Below are positions 29,786-41,356 of a stretch of DNA of 64,000 nucleotides, piece after piece. Position numbers and translations under genes: made by a program. A model generated the notes under the pieces. That model ran no database searches, was not told the DNA's origin, and saw nothing but the letters and a program-made list of their open reading frames with translations. Every line of letters starts with the position of its first letter. Position 1 is the first letter of the stretch. Origin of the DNA: Candidatus Bathyarchaeota archaeon (GTDB lineage Archaea > Thermoproteota > Bathyarchaeia > 40CM-2-53-6); the NCBI GenBank assembly GCA_963726255.1, contig CAVSBL010000002.1:672001-736000 (forward strand), given 5' to 3'.

Positions 29786-30220
29786 TCACGTGCTAAGTCC
29801 TGCGTGCTCGATCTTCATGCATCGATCCATAACCACGTCTAGGCCTTCCCGTTTCGCTTTAACGGCTGCCTCCTCGTTTACGATCCCCAACTGCATCCAG
29901 ACAACCTTAGGGTTACCAATCTCTTTGTGAAGTTGAATGGCTTCGTCCACGATTGGAGGCACATCCTCCGCACGCCGGAAAATGTCGACGACGTCAATCT
30001 CACGTTTCAATTCTTCGGGAAGGTCAAGTAGCGATTTGTAGGATCTCTCGCCAAGAACTTCAGTGACCGTGGGATTGATCGGGACGATCCTATAGCCATG
30101 GGACTTGAGGTACCGGGCAACATCGTTACTCGGCCTTGAGGGGTCTTTCGATAGCCCCACCACGGCGATTGTCTTGAAGCCCAGTGCCTTCGAAATCAGA
30201 TTATCGATTTCCGATGACAT
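29786..30220 (-). CDS. CoA-binding protein (YccU family)
   Basis: TIAVVGLS..P.RPS, DVVDIFR, VWMQLG, MDRCMKIEH. Confidence 0.92.
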   Translation of the reverse strand: MSSEIDNLISKALGFKTIAVVGLSKDPSRPSNDVARYLKSHGYRIVPINPTVTEVLGERSYKSLLDLPEELKREIDVVDIFRRAEDVPPIVDEAIQLHKEIGNPKVVWMQLGIVNEEAAVKAKREGLDVVMDRCMKIEHAGLST

Positions 30221-30321
30221 AGGAGTCAGCTCCCCTTGCGAACTTGGGGTTGATTAATTCATCCTTGAAATCTATGGAAAGCTCATATTAGTGAACTCGT
30301 CGAAGCCCCCTTTGATTCCGT

Positions 30322-31260
30322 ATGCCAATCAAAGTCTTAGTTTGTGACCCCATCCACCAAGACGGCATAGCCTTGCTGAGAAAAGCCGGGTTCGAGGTGA
30401 AGGAAAACCCCAGCCTGACGCCCGACCAATTAGAGAAGACGATTACCGAATTTGATGCCATAATTGTAAGGGGCCGAACCAAAATCACGAGTTCCGTATT
30501 GAACGCCGGAACAAAACTGAAGGCGGTGGCACGCTCCGGCGTCGGACTGGACAACATCGACCTGGAGACTGCGAAAAAGAAGTCGATTAAAGTCATTTCA
30601 ACCCCGGCAGCGCCAACAACAAGCGTCGCCGAGCTAGCAGTTGGCCTAATGCTCGCCGTTCTACGGAAGATATCATTTGCTGACAGGGCGATGAAGGAGG
30701 GACGGTGGGCTAAAGCAGAACTAATGGGATCAGAGTTGAAGTCGAAAACCGTCGGCGTTGTGGGAGCCGCAGGACGCATAGGCCTCGAAGTCGCCCGGAT
30801 TACAGTTCAAGGGTTCGGGGCGAAAGCAATTGGCTACGATGTGATCGACTTTGCGGAGAAGGCACGGCAAATTGGATTTCGAGCGGTCAGTCAACTTCCT
30901 GAACTCCTCTCGGAATCCGACATCATCTCCATACACGTTCCATACCTACCGGCAACTCATCACCTGATAGACCAAAAGGCAATCAGCAGCATCAAGAAAG
31001 GAGCGATCTTGGTCAACACTTCTCGAGGGGACATAGTTGATGGCCAGTCTCTATTGGCAGCGCTCAAATCAGGCAGCCTTTCGGGGGCTGGGTTAGATGT
31101 CTTCCACAAGGAGCCGCCCGTTGACGTTTGGGAGAGAGAACTCGTCAGCTTGCCAAACGTAGTATGCACCTCGCACGTCGGTGCCCAGACCATGGAAACG
31201 CAACGATTGGAGAGCACAATTGTCGCTGAAGAATTGATACGTGCACTCACCAGCAAATAG
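30322..31260 (+). CDS. serA: D-3-phosphoglycerate/D-2-hydroxyacid dehydrogenase (no ACT domain)
   Basis: RSGVGLDNID, SVAEL, VNTSRG, LDVF..EP, SHVGAQT. Confidence 0.85.
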   Translation: MPIKVLVCDPIHQDGIALLRKAGFEVKENPSLTPDQLEKTITEFDAIIVRGRTKITSSVLNAGTKLKAVARSGVGLDNIDLETAKKKSIKVISTPAAPTTSVAELAVGLMLAVLRKISFADRAMKEGRWAKAELMGSELKSKTVGVVGAAGRIGLEVARITVQGFGAKAIGYDVIDFAEKARQIGFRAVSQLPELLSESDIISIHVPYLPATHHLIDQKAISSIKKGAILVNTSRGDIVDGQSLLAALKSGSLSGAGLDVFHKEPPVDVWERELVSLPNVVCTSHVGAQTMETQRLESTIVAEELIRALTSK

Positions 31261-31599
31261 CTGAAGGGACTAAGAATGAGCGTATCGTTCAAAGACTTCG
31301 AAAAACTAGAGTTCAAAGTTGGCAAGATTACAGCCGCAGAAAAGATCACGGGAATGAAAAAGTTACTCAAAGTGCAAGTGGATTTGGGCGATAGGACCGC
31401 GCAGGCCATCGCAGGTGGCGCAGAATTCTATGAACCCATCAGCTTCCTCGGCAAGCGAGTCATCGTACTAACCAACATGGAAACAAAGACGATCGCCGGC
31501 GTCAAGTCCGAAGTCATGCTACTAGCAGCAGACTTGCAAGGAAAGCCAATCTGGGCTACAGTCGAAGCGGACGTCCCAGCGGGTACAAAAGTTCGCTGA
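30985..31599 (+). repeat. Left arm of ~615-bp inverted repeat (3' serA + tRNA-binding gene)
   Basis: Reverse complement of 44517-45131 aligns from 'agcagcat(c/g)aagaaaggagc' through the tRNA-binding gene stop. Confidence 0.92.
31276..31599 (+). CDS. tRNA-binding OB-fold protein (Trbp111/CsaA/MetRS C-terminal-like)
   Basis: DFEKLEFKVGKI, VDLG, GVKSEVMLLAA. Confidence 0.9.
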   Translation: MSVSFKDFEKLEFKVGKITAAEKITGMKKLLKVQVDLGDRTAQAIAGGAEFYEPISFLGKRVIVLTNMETKTIAGVKSEVMLLAADLQGKPIWATVEADVPAGTKVR

Positions 31600-31774
31600 A
31601 CATTATGACTAGTCACGGCGCCACATTTGTCGGTGGCGGCAAAACCCGTGTCGCCCGGTTTTTCCTGCTTTCTGGAAAGCGTTCCGAGAAAGTATGCGAA
31701 AGCCTGGGTGCAGGGTGACACCCAAATCAGCAAATTGTCAGAATGACAAGGTGAGTGGCGAAGCGGGTCTCCTC

Positions 31775-32248
31775 TCATATGTTCTGGATGAAGCGGCTAA
31801 ACGATTTTGTCCGTCGCATGTACAGGAGGCTGAAGATTAATGAGTCAACGACGATCCCAACCAATGTCCAAATGTCCATGATTGTGCGTGTCGTAAGAAA
31901 TCGGAGCAAGGATACCACAGCGTAGACGATCACTCCTATAGCGAGAGCACCAAGGGAAATTGAACGAATATGGAACTTGTTCACGAACCTGACGGCCACG
32001 ATTCCCAAAATTGCACCCACCCCTGCAGAGATCACACTAAACAATACAAAACCGAACAAGAGGATGAGCACAACCATTTCTACCGTCAGCCCTAGAAGCT
32101 TTACCACCGGTAGCTGCAAATCGAGTGTGGCCATGTACGTCAAGGTCAATTTACCATCCGACGCTAGAAACGAAACACCGTACTGCACCGTAGGGTACAG
32201 AACACCTGCTACCACTCCAGACTTGATGCCCGAGGGACTATCCTTCAT
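31775..32248 (-). CDS. 4-TM membrane protein, putative immunity partner of the main Rhs tip
   Basis: Starts 10 bp after the Rhs stop; paralog of 39266-39787 (SGIKSGVVAGVLYP vs AGIKAGLIAGLLYP). Confidence 0.7.
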   Translation of the reverse strand: MKDSPSGIKSGVVAGVLYPTVQYGVSFLASDGKLTLTYMATLDLQLPVVKLLGLTVEMVVLILLFGFVLFSVISAGVGAILGIVAVRFVNKFHIRSISLGALAIGVIVYAVVSLLRFLTTRTIMDIWTLVGIVVDSLIFSLLYMRRTKSFSRFIQNI

Positions 32249-32258
32249 GGATTCGCCT

Positions 32259-35200
32259 TCATTTGGGAGGGCAGCTTCCTCGTCCGAGCATTTCGAGCAG
32301 GGTTCCTGTTACTACCAGGGAGAGGCCAACTCCGATCGTGATATATTCAACAACTTCGTACTCGGGCGCAAATTCCACGGGGAATCCGAATGGGCCCGGG
32401 ATACTGGCTGGTAGGGGAGGACTAGGATTGATCGCGGCGTTGAAGATATTCCATCCAGTCGATACCATATTTTGCCCTGTTGTATAGGTCTCGCATGAGA
32501 ATCGTGGTGTAACGATCCCGATAAAGCCCAATCCAGGGGTCGCTACGGTCCCGTAATTCAATGCTAGTAGTGCGCCGCGGGGGATGTGAACGTTCGTTGA
32601 TGCTGCGGGGTCGGATGATGCTGTGTTGGCTGCTGCGCCAAACGTCATCCTAAGCCAAGCGCGGAATCGCATCGGGTGCGAATGGTGGCTCGAATACTCC
32701 TCATAAGCGTCTTCAAGGTCTCGAAGCTCCTTGTCCAACTCTTCCCACGACCTTTCCGCCGAAGCGCCCGGAACGCGTTCTATGTCGTACGCGGCTTCTG
32801 GAAGCTTCGCCCCGTCCGGGTCCACGTAGCGTTCAGGGTTGTTTAGGGCGTAGGTATAGCGGTTAAGCGATTGTGGGTTCAAGTAGTTCGCCTGCGCCAA
32901 GTCCAAAGTCATGAACCTGCCGGATTGGCTGTCGTAGTACCTGTATCCGTAGTACGATAAGCCTGTGGCCACATCCAACTGTTTCCCAGTGAACTGGAAC
33001 ACCTCCGCTCCGGACGTGGCGTACGTGTTCCCGTAAGGCAGATACTTCGCGGAGAACACCGGCTGGCTCGCAGCCTGTGTTTCTAGTCGTACGCTTCCTA
33101 ACCGGTCTAGGTGGTAGAAACTGCTAACCCCCGCCTGAACTTTCCCAATTAGTAAGCCACCTGCGAAGACAATGTCACTCGTCAAACCCGTCGTCAAATC
33201 CTTCACGTAGCATGGATCCCACGAGCCGGCCTGGTAATCGTAAATCGTTGTGTCCGTAGCAGTGGTCTGCACCCTCCGCCCATCCCCATCATACAACGCC
33301 TGAAGGGCTGTTTGCCCGTTGAGCTGGACCTGTTTGAGGCGGTTCTCGTAATCGTACGTATAACTCCAAGAACTTGAGCCAGAGGTCTTGCTGACCGTGT
33401 TCCCATTATTGTCGTACGAGTAGCTTGTGGATCCTGCGGACATTAGCTTATTGTATGAACCGTACGAGTAGGTCGTGCCAGTACCGTTCACAACAGCGCT
33501 TAATCGATTTCCAACTTCGTCGTACGTGTAATCTAATGACCCGAACGGCCCGCTCGCACTTGTAAGCCTGTTCAGGTCGTCGTAACCATACGTTTCCTGA
33601 CCGTTGTTAACGCTTGTGGGGTTGCCGTTCGGGTCGTACGCGTAATTCAGATCGAGAAGCGTTGCGGTAGCGTTCCATGTGTGTATGCCTGTGATGCGCG
33701 CGAGTTGGTCGTATGAGTAAGCGGTTTGAACTCCATTCCCATAACTGATGGTGGCGGGTTGGTTGTTCTTGCGGTATGTGAGGGTGGCGGCATTGCCGAC
33801 GGTGGTAATGCGGTTAAGCGCGTCGTACTTGTAGCTCAGCACGTAGCCGTCAGGGTAGGTGAGTTGAATTAGGTTGCTTGCCGCATCATACTGGTAGCTT
33901 AACGTGTAAGCCTGGCCGTTTATGGTTCGTGACTCGGATAGGAGGCGGCTGCGGGGGTCGTAAGTGTAAGTTGTTGTGGCCGAGCTGTCGGTCATTTGAA
34001 CTCGGTTGCTGTCCTCGTCATAGGAATATTGAACTGTAGACGTGTCAGGGTAGGTTATCTTGGTCAACCGGTTGATCTCGTCATAAGTGTATGTTATCAG
34101 CGTGTTGTTCTGTGTTCTTCGGGAAACTAGGTTGCCAACATTGTCGTATGTTCGGTTTTCGAAGGTTGTGTCGGGGAATTTGGTCTGCACTAATCTGTTC
34201 AAATTATCATAGAAGTATGAGGTGATCTGATTCTTTGCGTCTGCAATTTGGAGTAGGTTGCCTACTGAATCGAAGGTATAGCTAGCATCGTAGCTTTGGC
34301 CGCCCACGTGTTCTGTGACGGTTACAAGGCGGTTCTGCCAGTCGTAATAGTAATCGGTCGGATGCCCCTTTTCGTCGAACGCGGTTACCTGGTTGGAGGC
34401 GTCGCTGTAAACCCACTGCTTGAAGGTTCCATCCGGATGATTCAGCGTAAGCATACGCCCGAAGAAATCGTATGTGTACGTCGTAACGTTACCGGTTGGG
34501 TCAGTGTAAGTTTTCACTTTATCATTCCAGTAGTAGGTGGAAAGTGCTGTTGAGTAGGGGGCACCGTTGGCATAGGTCTGCGTTTGAGTTAGTCGTCCAA
34601 GCCCGTCGAAATAGGATCGGGTATAGTTATTGTTCTCATCGTATGCCGTCATGATGTTGTTGACATCGTCGTACGATGTTCGGCGCTGAGCACGCACGCC
34701 CCCAATTGCAGGATAAGTAATCGTGGTTAGTCTGTCGATGGCGTCGTACCCATAATTCGTAACGTTCCCCGATGGTGATGTGACCTGTGTTCGATCACCC
34801 GTCGTAGAGTTGTACGCATAGCTTGTTGATAGAGTTGTTCCGGCCACATGTTCGTCTGCTTGCGTCAAATAGGCGTACTGGTAGGTTGAGGAGAACGTGT
34901 AATTCACGTAATGGCCATTCGCGTCTACTCTCGATACTCGGTTGCCATAGCCAGTGGTATCGTACGTGTACTTAGTGGTTACCCAGACGGTTCCATTCAG
35001 GCTGTTCTCCTGTAGTAGGTTTCCTGAGCTATCAAATTTGGAGTAGAGTGCTTCGCAGAAACCGTAGCCGACTCCGTTCGGAAACTCAACCACCGCGGCG
35101 ACACGGTCGTGTATGTTGTCGCCAACGTTGTTAGGGAAGAAATAGGTAGAGCAACCGTGCTGGGTCATATTGAAGTTGGTGCCGTAGAAATCAACGAAAT

Positions 35201-35530
35201 GGCCTTGGTAGGACGTGTTGGCGTAGGAGTAGAAGGTCTCCCGATAACTGGTTGGATTTACTGCGAGGCGTCGGTAAACTAGGTTTGCCCAGTCGTCGAA
35301 GCTGAAGTAGTTGGTGTAGCTTACGCCAGAGCCGGCGGGGAAAACTGTCACCTGATTAACCTGTCCGTTGACGTTGTACTGTTTGACTACTTTTCTTATC
35401 GGCTGAGCTTGAGAGTTCTCTGTTGTCTCCGTCACATTTGTTTCGGTGAACAGATAATTCACGTACCCTTGGACTGATGAAGTCTCATCAGAAAACGTGA
35501 TACTGCTAGAAGTGAGAGCATTGGCTGGAT
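32259..35530 (-). CDS. Rhs/YD-repeat protein, C-terminal part: YD repeats, Rhs core, variable tip
   Basis: Dozens of YDxxGRL/YD repeats, YYGYRYYD...GRF, NRYTYALNNP..YVDPDG. The frame stays open upstream of the 35462 GTG to the frameshift near 35533. Confidence 0.92.
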
Positions 35531-38425
35531 CTACCCGTAATTGAAGGTCTCCTGCCGAACTCTGCCACTTGGAAGGTAGACTGTCTGCTGGCTCACATGC
35601 AATTGTTGTACCTCGGTTCCAATCCGAAGAGCGTATGCATAAGCGTAAGAAGTGTACCCGCCAGTTGGGTAGGTTATCTTAGTAAGATAGCTGGGACCGA
35701 AGGACGATGCGTATTCATAGCCTGTCACTCGACCAACCGGGTCCTGCACGCTGACAAGGTTCCCATTCGCGTTATAATTGTACGTCCATATCCGACCACC
35801 CGCATTAACCGACGTGACACGACCGTTCGCATCATGATTGAGGGTGATTGTCCGGCCAATGGTGTCCGTGACGACGTGCAGTCGGTTGGAACTGTACGTG
35901 AGTGTGATTGAATTGTGCTGGGTTCGGTCTTGGATTTGAGTGAGCCATTTGTTTGAATTGAAACTGTAGACCGTTCCAGATTTGTCTATGAGGGTGAAGG
36001 TTCCGTCTCCGTTCGCCGTAAGTATGAATTGTTCACCTTGATGGTTCACGAATCGACCGTTAACGTATGTAACCTTGTAACCTTGCCCGCCTGTAAGATG
36101 GATGTAGTTCGTCCCCATCCATGGCCAATCAAGGCTCCAGCCGACGCCTAGGTCGGCGTAGGGATAGTTCTCGTATGCGTAGGGCTGGCCGTAGGGCATC
36201 CGAAACACACGGGTAAACGCCAAAGGCCCATTATCGCTCAAGCCTCGCTGTGGAATGGAGAAGTCGGTCTGCGTTATCGTCAGTAGACCGTTGTAGGGTG
36301 AGACGTACTCCTGCAAATTCTGATAATACTCTCCGTACGGGATCAGCCCTTCCTGATCCCAAGGGTCGGAGTACGGTGACCAGACCTGTTGAACAGCAGG
36401 AAACGAACTGAACTTTACCGTATACGGGCCTGACCCCTCAGTCCACACGCCGGTTACGAGGCCGTTTGCGGAGTCTACGGCGGAACTGAGGAGTCCGGGC
36501 GAGTTGAACGTCGTGGCGTTGAGTGGTGTTAGCGTGGGACCCCAACCATGGAGGATCGTGTGTTGCCGGTAGTAGATTGTGTTTGAACTCACATACAAAA
36601 CATTGAGGCTGTTGCGAGTGCCCAGAGAGATTGCTGGGCTACTACTGGTAGCGGGAGCAAGCGTGGCGTAGCCGCTCCAGGTGCCGTTATTCCAAGACCG
36701 ATATCGGAGTGAAAGGTCCGAGTATACGTAGACTAGGTTCACTTGGGTTGTGTTTGAAACTGCAGATCCAAAGTTATGCCACATATCTGGCGCGGAGTCT
36801 ACAATCGAGACTGTGCTCCATGCTGTTGACCGTGCATAATAGATAATTCCATTGGCAGCATCATGAAAGATGCCAAGCATTACGCCGTTGGCCAACGGTG
36901 ACAATATCGGGAAATAGTTGCAGCAATTAACCGTATGCACTAGGTTATCTGATTTCACCGAAGCGGACGAGCCCCAACTTGCACCGTTCACATCGGTACT
37001 CTTCTTGGCGAGCAAGGTTCGGCTTCCCTCATATATGTACGGAATACAGCGCGTAAGCGGTTGCGATTGCGCCACACTGCCACAACCTTCGTTAATCCTG
37101 CTCTTGACGTACCACGTGTACATTGTTGTGATCTGTCCGTCAGTGCCAACTGCAATATTCGGGTCTTGGAGATTTGACCAAACGGCAACAGCTCCGTTAT
37201 CTGTGTACGTACGCGTATCCACCGTTACAATCGAACCCCAACCGATCGAGGTTCCGCTCACGTTTCCTTTCCGGAAGTATAGGTAGGCTGTTGCAGCTGT
37301 GGTTCCTGTTGCACTCGTGCCGGCAACGGCATAGACGCTACCTGAGTCATACCAGATCGCCGTGGCCGAATACGACCATAATGTCCCCACGTAATTCCAT
37401 GTCTGCCCGTCACTCGAATATTTGTAGACCGTAGAGGAGCCATTGTAGAAGAAGACCCAGTAATTCGAGCCGTCGAAGAATATATGGCGTTGATAACTCT
37501 CCGCTGTAGCAGAACCTACACTAGATTGGCCTACAATTGTTGGGTCAATTGCGGACACGTTTGCGGGGAAGGTTATGACTGCGGCTGATCCAGATATGTA
37601 TCCGAAGAGAGGGATGCGCCCGAAACCTATCTTCGCCTTCAAAGCGGAGTCACTCCAATCGACCAAAGCCCACGTTCGCCACGTCTCTGGGTTGGGCGTT
37701 AACCCCAGTTCAAGCTGGGTTTCATTCATGCTCACGGGTGTGACGCTTGTGTAATTCTCGAAGCTCAGCCCTTCCGACATTGCCTTGAACCTTGCGAAGG
37801 CTTTGGGTCCGTGAACAATCCACAGGATGTTGAAACCATGATCAGTAAGCGAACTGGCGGCGTTGAGGTGAATTGACATCTTCGGACGGTTCACTTTGTC
37901 AAAAACAAAACCGACTTGAAGTGTACCAACAACGGCTCCTTCCGATCGTAAATTGACTGAATAACGAAAATGATTGCCGTTCAAACTCGCCATGTCAATC
38001 GTATAGTTCGAGAAGACTATGGGCGATCGGAAAGTAGAGTTCACATAGAAAATACTGTGAGTCACGAGCGAAGTGCCGTCCCTATAGGCGAAACTCATGA
38101 AAGGCTGAGTCTTATCGAAGACGTACTGGCCGAAGGATGTTTTGAAGGCCATTCGACCGGGTAGGTTCTGGTAACTTGGGTCGATTAACGGAAATTCCTG
38201 AAATAGCGTCGAGACCGTTGGCTGCGGCGGAACAATCGGAGAATAAGAGTTCGGGACTGAAATACCCGGATTGCTTGCTTGCACTGGCAGCGTTCTAATT
38301 GCTGGAAAGGCTCGAACGATCCCTTCCCAGTAGATTGCCATGGAAATTGTGAGGCATAATAGGACGGCTGCTCGCAGAACGGTTAGTACCGTAGTCCGAC
38401 GACATGGCCTAGTCATCTCTAACAA
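35531..38425 (-). CDS. Rhs/YD-repeat protein, N-terminal part: signal peptide, beta-rich domains, start of Rhs barrel
   Basis: N-terminal signal/TM; 'VSPYNGLL...DFSIP..G...FTR', 'LGVGWSL' and YD repeats. Joins the downstream part if one G is added at 'tac ggg tag'. Confidence 0.88.
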   Translation of the reverse strand: MLEMTRPCRRTTVLTVLRAAVLLCLTISMAIYWEGIVRAFPAIRTLPVQASNPGISVPNSYSPIVPPQPTVSTLFQEFPLIDPSYQNLPGRMAFKTSFGQYVFDKTQPFMSFAYRDGTSLVTHSIFYVNSTFRSPIVFSNYTIDMASLNGNHFRYSVNLRSEGAVVGTLQVGFVFDKVNRPKMSIHLNAASSLTDHGFNILWIVHGPKAFARFKAMSEGLSFENYTSVTPVSMNETQLELGLTPNPETWRTWALVDWSDSALKAKIGFGRIPLFGYISGSAAVITFPANVSAIDPTIVGQSSVGSATAESYQRHIFFDGSNYWVFFYNGSSTVYKYSSDGQTWNYVGTLWSYSATAIWYDSGSVYAVAGTSATGTTAATAYLYFRKGNVSGTSIGWGSIVTVDTRTYTDNGAVAVWSNLQDPNIAVGTDGQITTMYTWYVKSRINEGCGSVAQSQPLTRCIPYIYEGSRTLLAKKSTDVNGASWGSSASVKSDNLVHTVNCCNYFPILSPLANGVMLGIFHDAANGIIYYARSTAWSTVSIVDSAPDMWHNFGSAVSNTTQVNLVYVYSDLSLRYRSWNNGTWSGYATLAPATSSSPAISLGTRNSLNVLYVSSNTIYYRQHTILHGWGPTLTPLNATTFNSPGLLSSAVDSANGLVTGVWTEGSGPYTVKFSSFPAVQQVWSPYSDPWDQEGLIPYGEYYQNLQEYVSPYNGLLTITQTDFSIPQRGLSDNGPLAFTRVFRMPYGQPYAYENYPYADLGVGWSLDWPWMGTNYIHLTGGQGYKVTYVNGRFVNHQGEQFILTANGDGTFTLIDKSGTVYSFNSNKWLTQIQDRTQHNSITLTYSSNRLHVVTDTIGRTITLNHDANGRVTSVNAGGRIWTYNYNANGNLVSVQDPVGRVTGYEYASSFGPSYLTKITYPTGGYTSYAYAYALRIGTEVQQLHVSQQTVYLPSGRVRQETFNYG

Positions 38426-38496
38426 CCACGCCGCAAGAACTCTGAATGGAGTCGCGTACGTCTGTTCTTAAGGCACTTGGCTACTTACAGTAAATA

Positions 38497-39269
38497 CGCT
38501 GCGGCAGGTTGCGTTGAACATGCAGCTTGTGTTTGAGGCGTTGTATGATGGTGACGGACGTCGAATCGAGACAGTCGCTGGGGACACGTCCATCTACCAT
38601 TACCAGGCCGGCTCCTGGGACCCAGCCTACGTGAAAGATTTGACGACAGGCCTATCGACCAACATCATCTTCGCCGCGGGCTTACGAATTGGAAAGGTGC
38701 AGGGTGGGGTTAGCAGCTTCTATCACTTGGACAGGTTGGGAAGCGTCCGCCTCGAAACCCAGGCTGCGAGCCAGCAGGCTTTCTCAGCGAAATATCTGCC
38801 CTACGGGAACACGTACGCCACATCAGGAGCGGAGGCGTTCCAGTTCACTGGGAAACAGTTGGACGTGGCCACAGGCTTATCGTACTACGGGTACAGATAC
38901 TATGACGACCAGATTGGCAGGTTCCTTACTCAAGATAAAGGTAAGTCTAATCTCTTCACCCCTCAGACGCTAGACAGATACTCGTACGTAATCAACAATC
39001 CTAACGTCTATACCGATCCAGATGGGCTGGCTATTGGTGATGAATTTGGTTTCGGATGCGGTCCTTCGGGGCTATCGTATGATTTATTTGAATTAGGGAA
39101 TGAAATCCTCCGAGCTCTTGGTCTTCCAGCGTTTCATGATCCGTTTAGGAGTTGGTGCGAAGGCCCGTTCAAGGACAATGAAAGGAATTACAACGAGAAA
39201 CACAGTCAAACAGATAGATCACAACTTGAGCATATTAAAATCTCGGCTGGGGTGAGTGGCTGGTATTGA
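38497..39269 (+). pseudogene. Orphan Rhs core + alternative tip, cassette 1
   Basis: About 175 codons homologous to the main Rhs core (ALYDGDGRR...DPDG), then a unique tip; lacks the N-terminal body. Confidence 0.85.
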
Positions 39270-39787
39270 CATCGCTAGACACAATTGATTCGCCGCGCAA
39301 GAAGCACACACGCATCGGTGGATCGCATTCCGTTCGAAGGGAAACTTCCGCGGGAATTAAAGCCGGCCTTATAGCGGGCTTGCTTTATCCTGGCTTGTCC
39401 ATAATCCTGATGTTAGATAGTTGGCTTGCGTACATATCATATACTATAAAGACCAACGTCCCACCGATGCCCATCCGAGAAGCGATCTTTGTCCTAGCTC
39501 TATTGTTCCTGATAGTAATCGTTGTCTGCGCATTTCTTGGAGCGATTGCGGGTTTCGCATTCTCTAGGTCGGTGAACAGGCTTCCATTTCATTCAATTTA
39601 CGCTAAGGCCGTTGTTTCTGTGACTTGCCTGTGGCTTTTGCTTTTCCTGGTCAAATGGTCGATCTCACGTGACGAATATTTGCCTCAAGACTTTGTAAGT
39701 ATGGCTTTGAGTGCCCTGGTCTTTGCCTACCTTTTTGGTCGGTGGAGCAAGTCAAAGACCCTATTGAAATCCGATATGCCTTTGTGA
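39266..39787 (+). CDS. 4-TM membrane protein, putative immunity for cassette 1
   Basis: Overlaps the cassette 1 stop; paralog of 31775-32248. Confidence 0.7.
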   Translation: MTSLDTIDSPRKKHTRIGGSHSVRRETSAGIKAGLIAGLLYPGLSIILMLDSWLAYISYTIKTNVPPMPIREAIFVLALLFLIVIVVCAFLGAIAGFAFSRSVNRLPFHSIYAKAVVSVTCLWLLLFLVKWSISRDEYLPQDFVSMALSALVFAYLFGRWSKSKTLLKSDMPL

Positions 39788-39810
39788 AGAACAGCGCCCA
39801 CTCTTTCTTG

Positions 39811-40467
39811 AGGCGGTTGGGGAGCGTTCGGCTTATGACCCAAGGGGCGAATCAACAAGGGTTCTCGGCGGAATACGTGCCCTACGGGAACACGTACTCC
39901 ACATCAGGCGCCGAAACGTTCCAGTACACAGGAAAACAATTGGACGTCCCAACTGGGTTATACTATTATGGGTACAGGTACTATGACAGCCAATCCGGAC
40001 GATTCATCACTCAAGATACCACGCAGCCAATTCTCGTGGCACCCCAGACTCTAAACCGATTCTCATACGCTCTGAACAACCCAAGCACAAACAGGGATCT
40101 GGACGGGCGTCAGTCTGATCCGATCGAGTGGCTGGGACCGGTAATCGCGGCCGGTATACTTGGTCCCGAAGCTCTCGTTGCGGCAGCTGCTATATTGGGG
40201 ATCATTACATTAGCCGAATGGGCTTACAATGCGTATAATGGATCCCGGCCGCCGGGTCTATACTATGAACCACCAAACCCGGTTCAATCGCCGGACCAGC
40301 TCGGAGCAGCTGCCGAACAATACATGGAACACCTGCGTGTTCAACGGCTTGAGGCATCGCATATTGCTAAAGAAGTCTTAGATGCAGTCGAGCATATGCT
40401 CGAGGGAAAGATGAAGGACTTCGGCCTTAAGGGTCCCCCGGACAAGGTCCACGGTGGGTGGATATAG
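39811..40467 (+). pseudogene. Orphan Rhs core + alternative tip, cassette 2
   Basis: Homology starts at RRLGSVRL; YYGYRYYDSQSGRF...NNP...DLDG, then a hydrophobic tip. Confidence 0.85.
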
Positions 40468-41273
40468 AGCGGAGCTTCCTCATCGATTGTATGGTTTGGA
40501 TTCACAGGAGTGGGCGAGAAATCATCGACGTTACTTCGTACGCGTTTGCCATACCCATTGAGATATCGTCATTGATTCTTGTGTGGGGCCTATTTCGGTT
40601 TAGACAATCAACTAAACCGGCTGAGCCGCCTAAATATGAAACCTACGAAGTATTTCTCCCAACCGCCTCCATTTTTCTTGCAACGCTTGTTGTCTGGATT
40701 TTGGATTCAATTTCAGTGAACCCTTTCGGGGTTTTCCCCAAGCCATCTCAGAGTTCCATTGTCATGATCAGCACTCTCTTCTTACTCGCTCCGACGATTA
40801 TTATACTACGTGCGACGAGGAGAGGTTTCCGTTCGGTGCGTCTGACGTTCGCCGGCACTGGAATCTCCTCATTACTGGGTATTCTAGCATCTCTAATGCT
40901 GCTGATTCCAACCGCGCTTCTCTCCCGCTTCTTCTTGGTTGCGTTAAGTAGGGTAGATTCGATTTATCTCATTTCTCTCGTTTACAACGCGTTCTGTGAA
41001 GAACTGTTCTTCAGAGGCCTCATGCAGACCAGATTGGAAAGCTTCTTCGGATCCAAGACTGGGCTCTTTATAACCGCAGTAATCTTCAGTTTATCTCATG
41101 CCCCTTCATGGATGTTAGTTAGACAACTTTCAGCAGAGGCGTTCATTGCGAATGTGATCCTTAGTCTTCCGTTTGCAATATTGCTAGGTTACATAGCACG
41201 GAAATCAGGTAACCTGGTTGGCTCAACGATAGTGCATGTAGCAAATGACCTTCCTCTGCTATTGCTGACTTAA
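40458..41273 (+). CDS. CPBP (CAAX protease/Abi self-immunity) intramembrane metalloprotease
   Basis: EELFFRG, FSLSH and HVAND motifs intact. Confidence 0.88.
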   Translation: MDIERSFLIDCMVWIHRSGREIIDVTSYAFAIPIEISSLILVWGLFRFRQSTKPAEPPKYETYEVFLPTASIFLATLVVWILDSISVNPFGVFPKPSQSSIVMISTLFLLAPTIIILRATRRGFRSVRLTFAGTGISSLLGILASLMLLIPTALLSRFFLVALSRVDSIYLISLVYNAFCEELFFRGLMQTRLESFFGSKTGLFITAVIFSLSHAPSWMLVRQLSAEAFIANVILSLPFAILLGYIARKSGNLVGSTIVHVANDLPLLLLT

Positions 41274-41356
41274 GCAAGCAGGGACAAATGGGTCTGTTTT
41301 CTCTCTTATTCTACCTGAAAAATCACATCATATGGGTACAGATGCTCACAGGATGA

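Noticed and set aside
35531-35533. Amber (pyrrolysine) readthrough joining the two Rhs ORFs
   Set aside because: The downstream ORF is in a different frame, and readthrough hits a TGA about 25 codons later.
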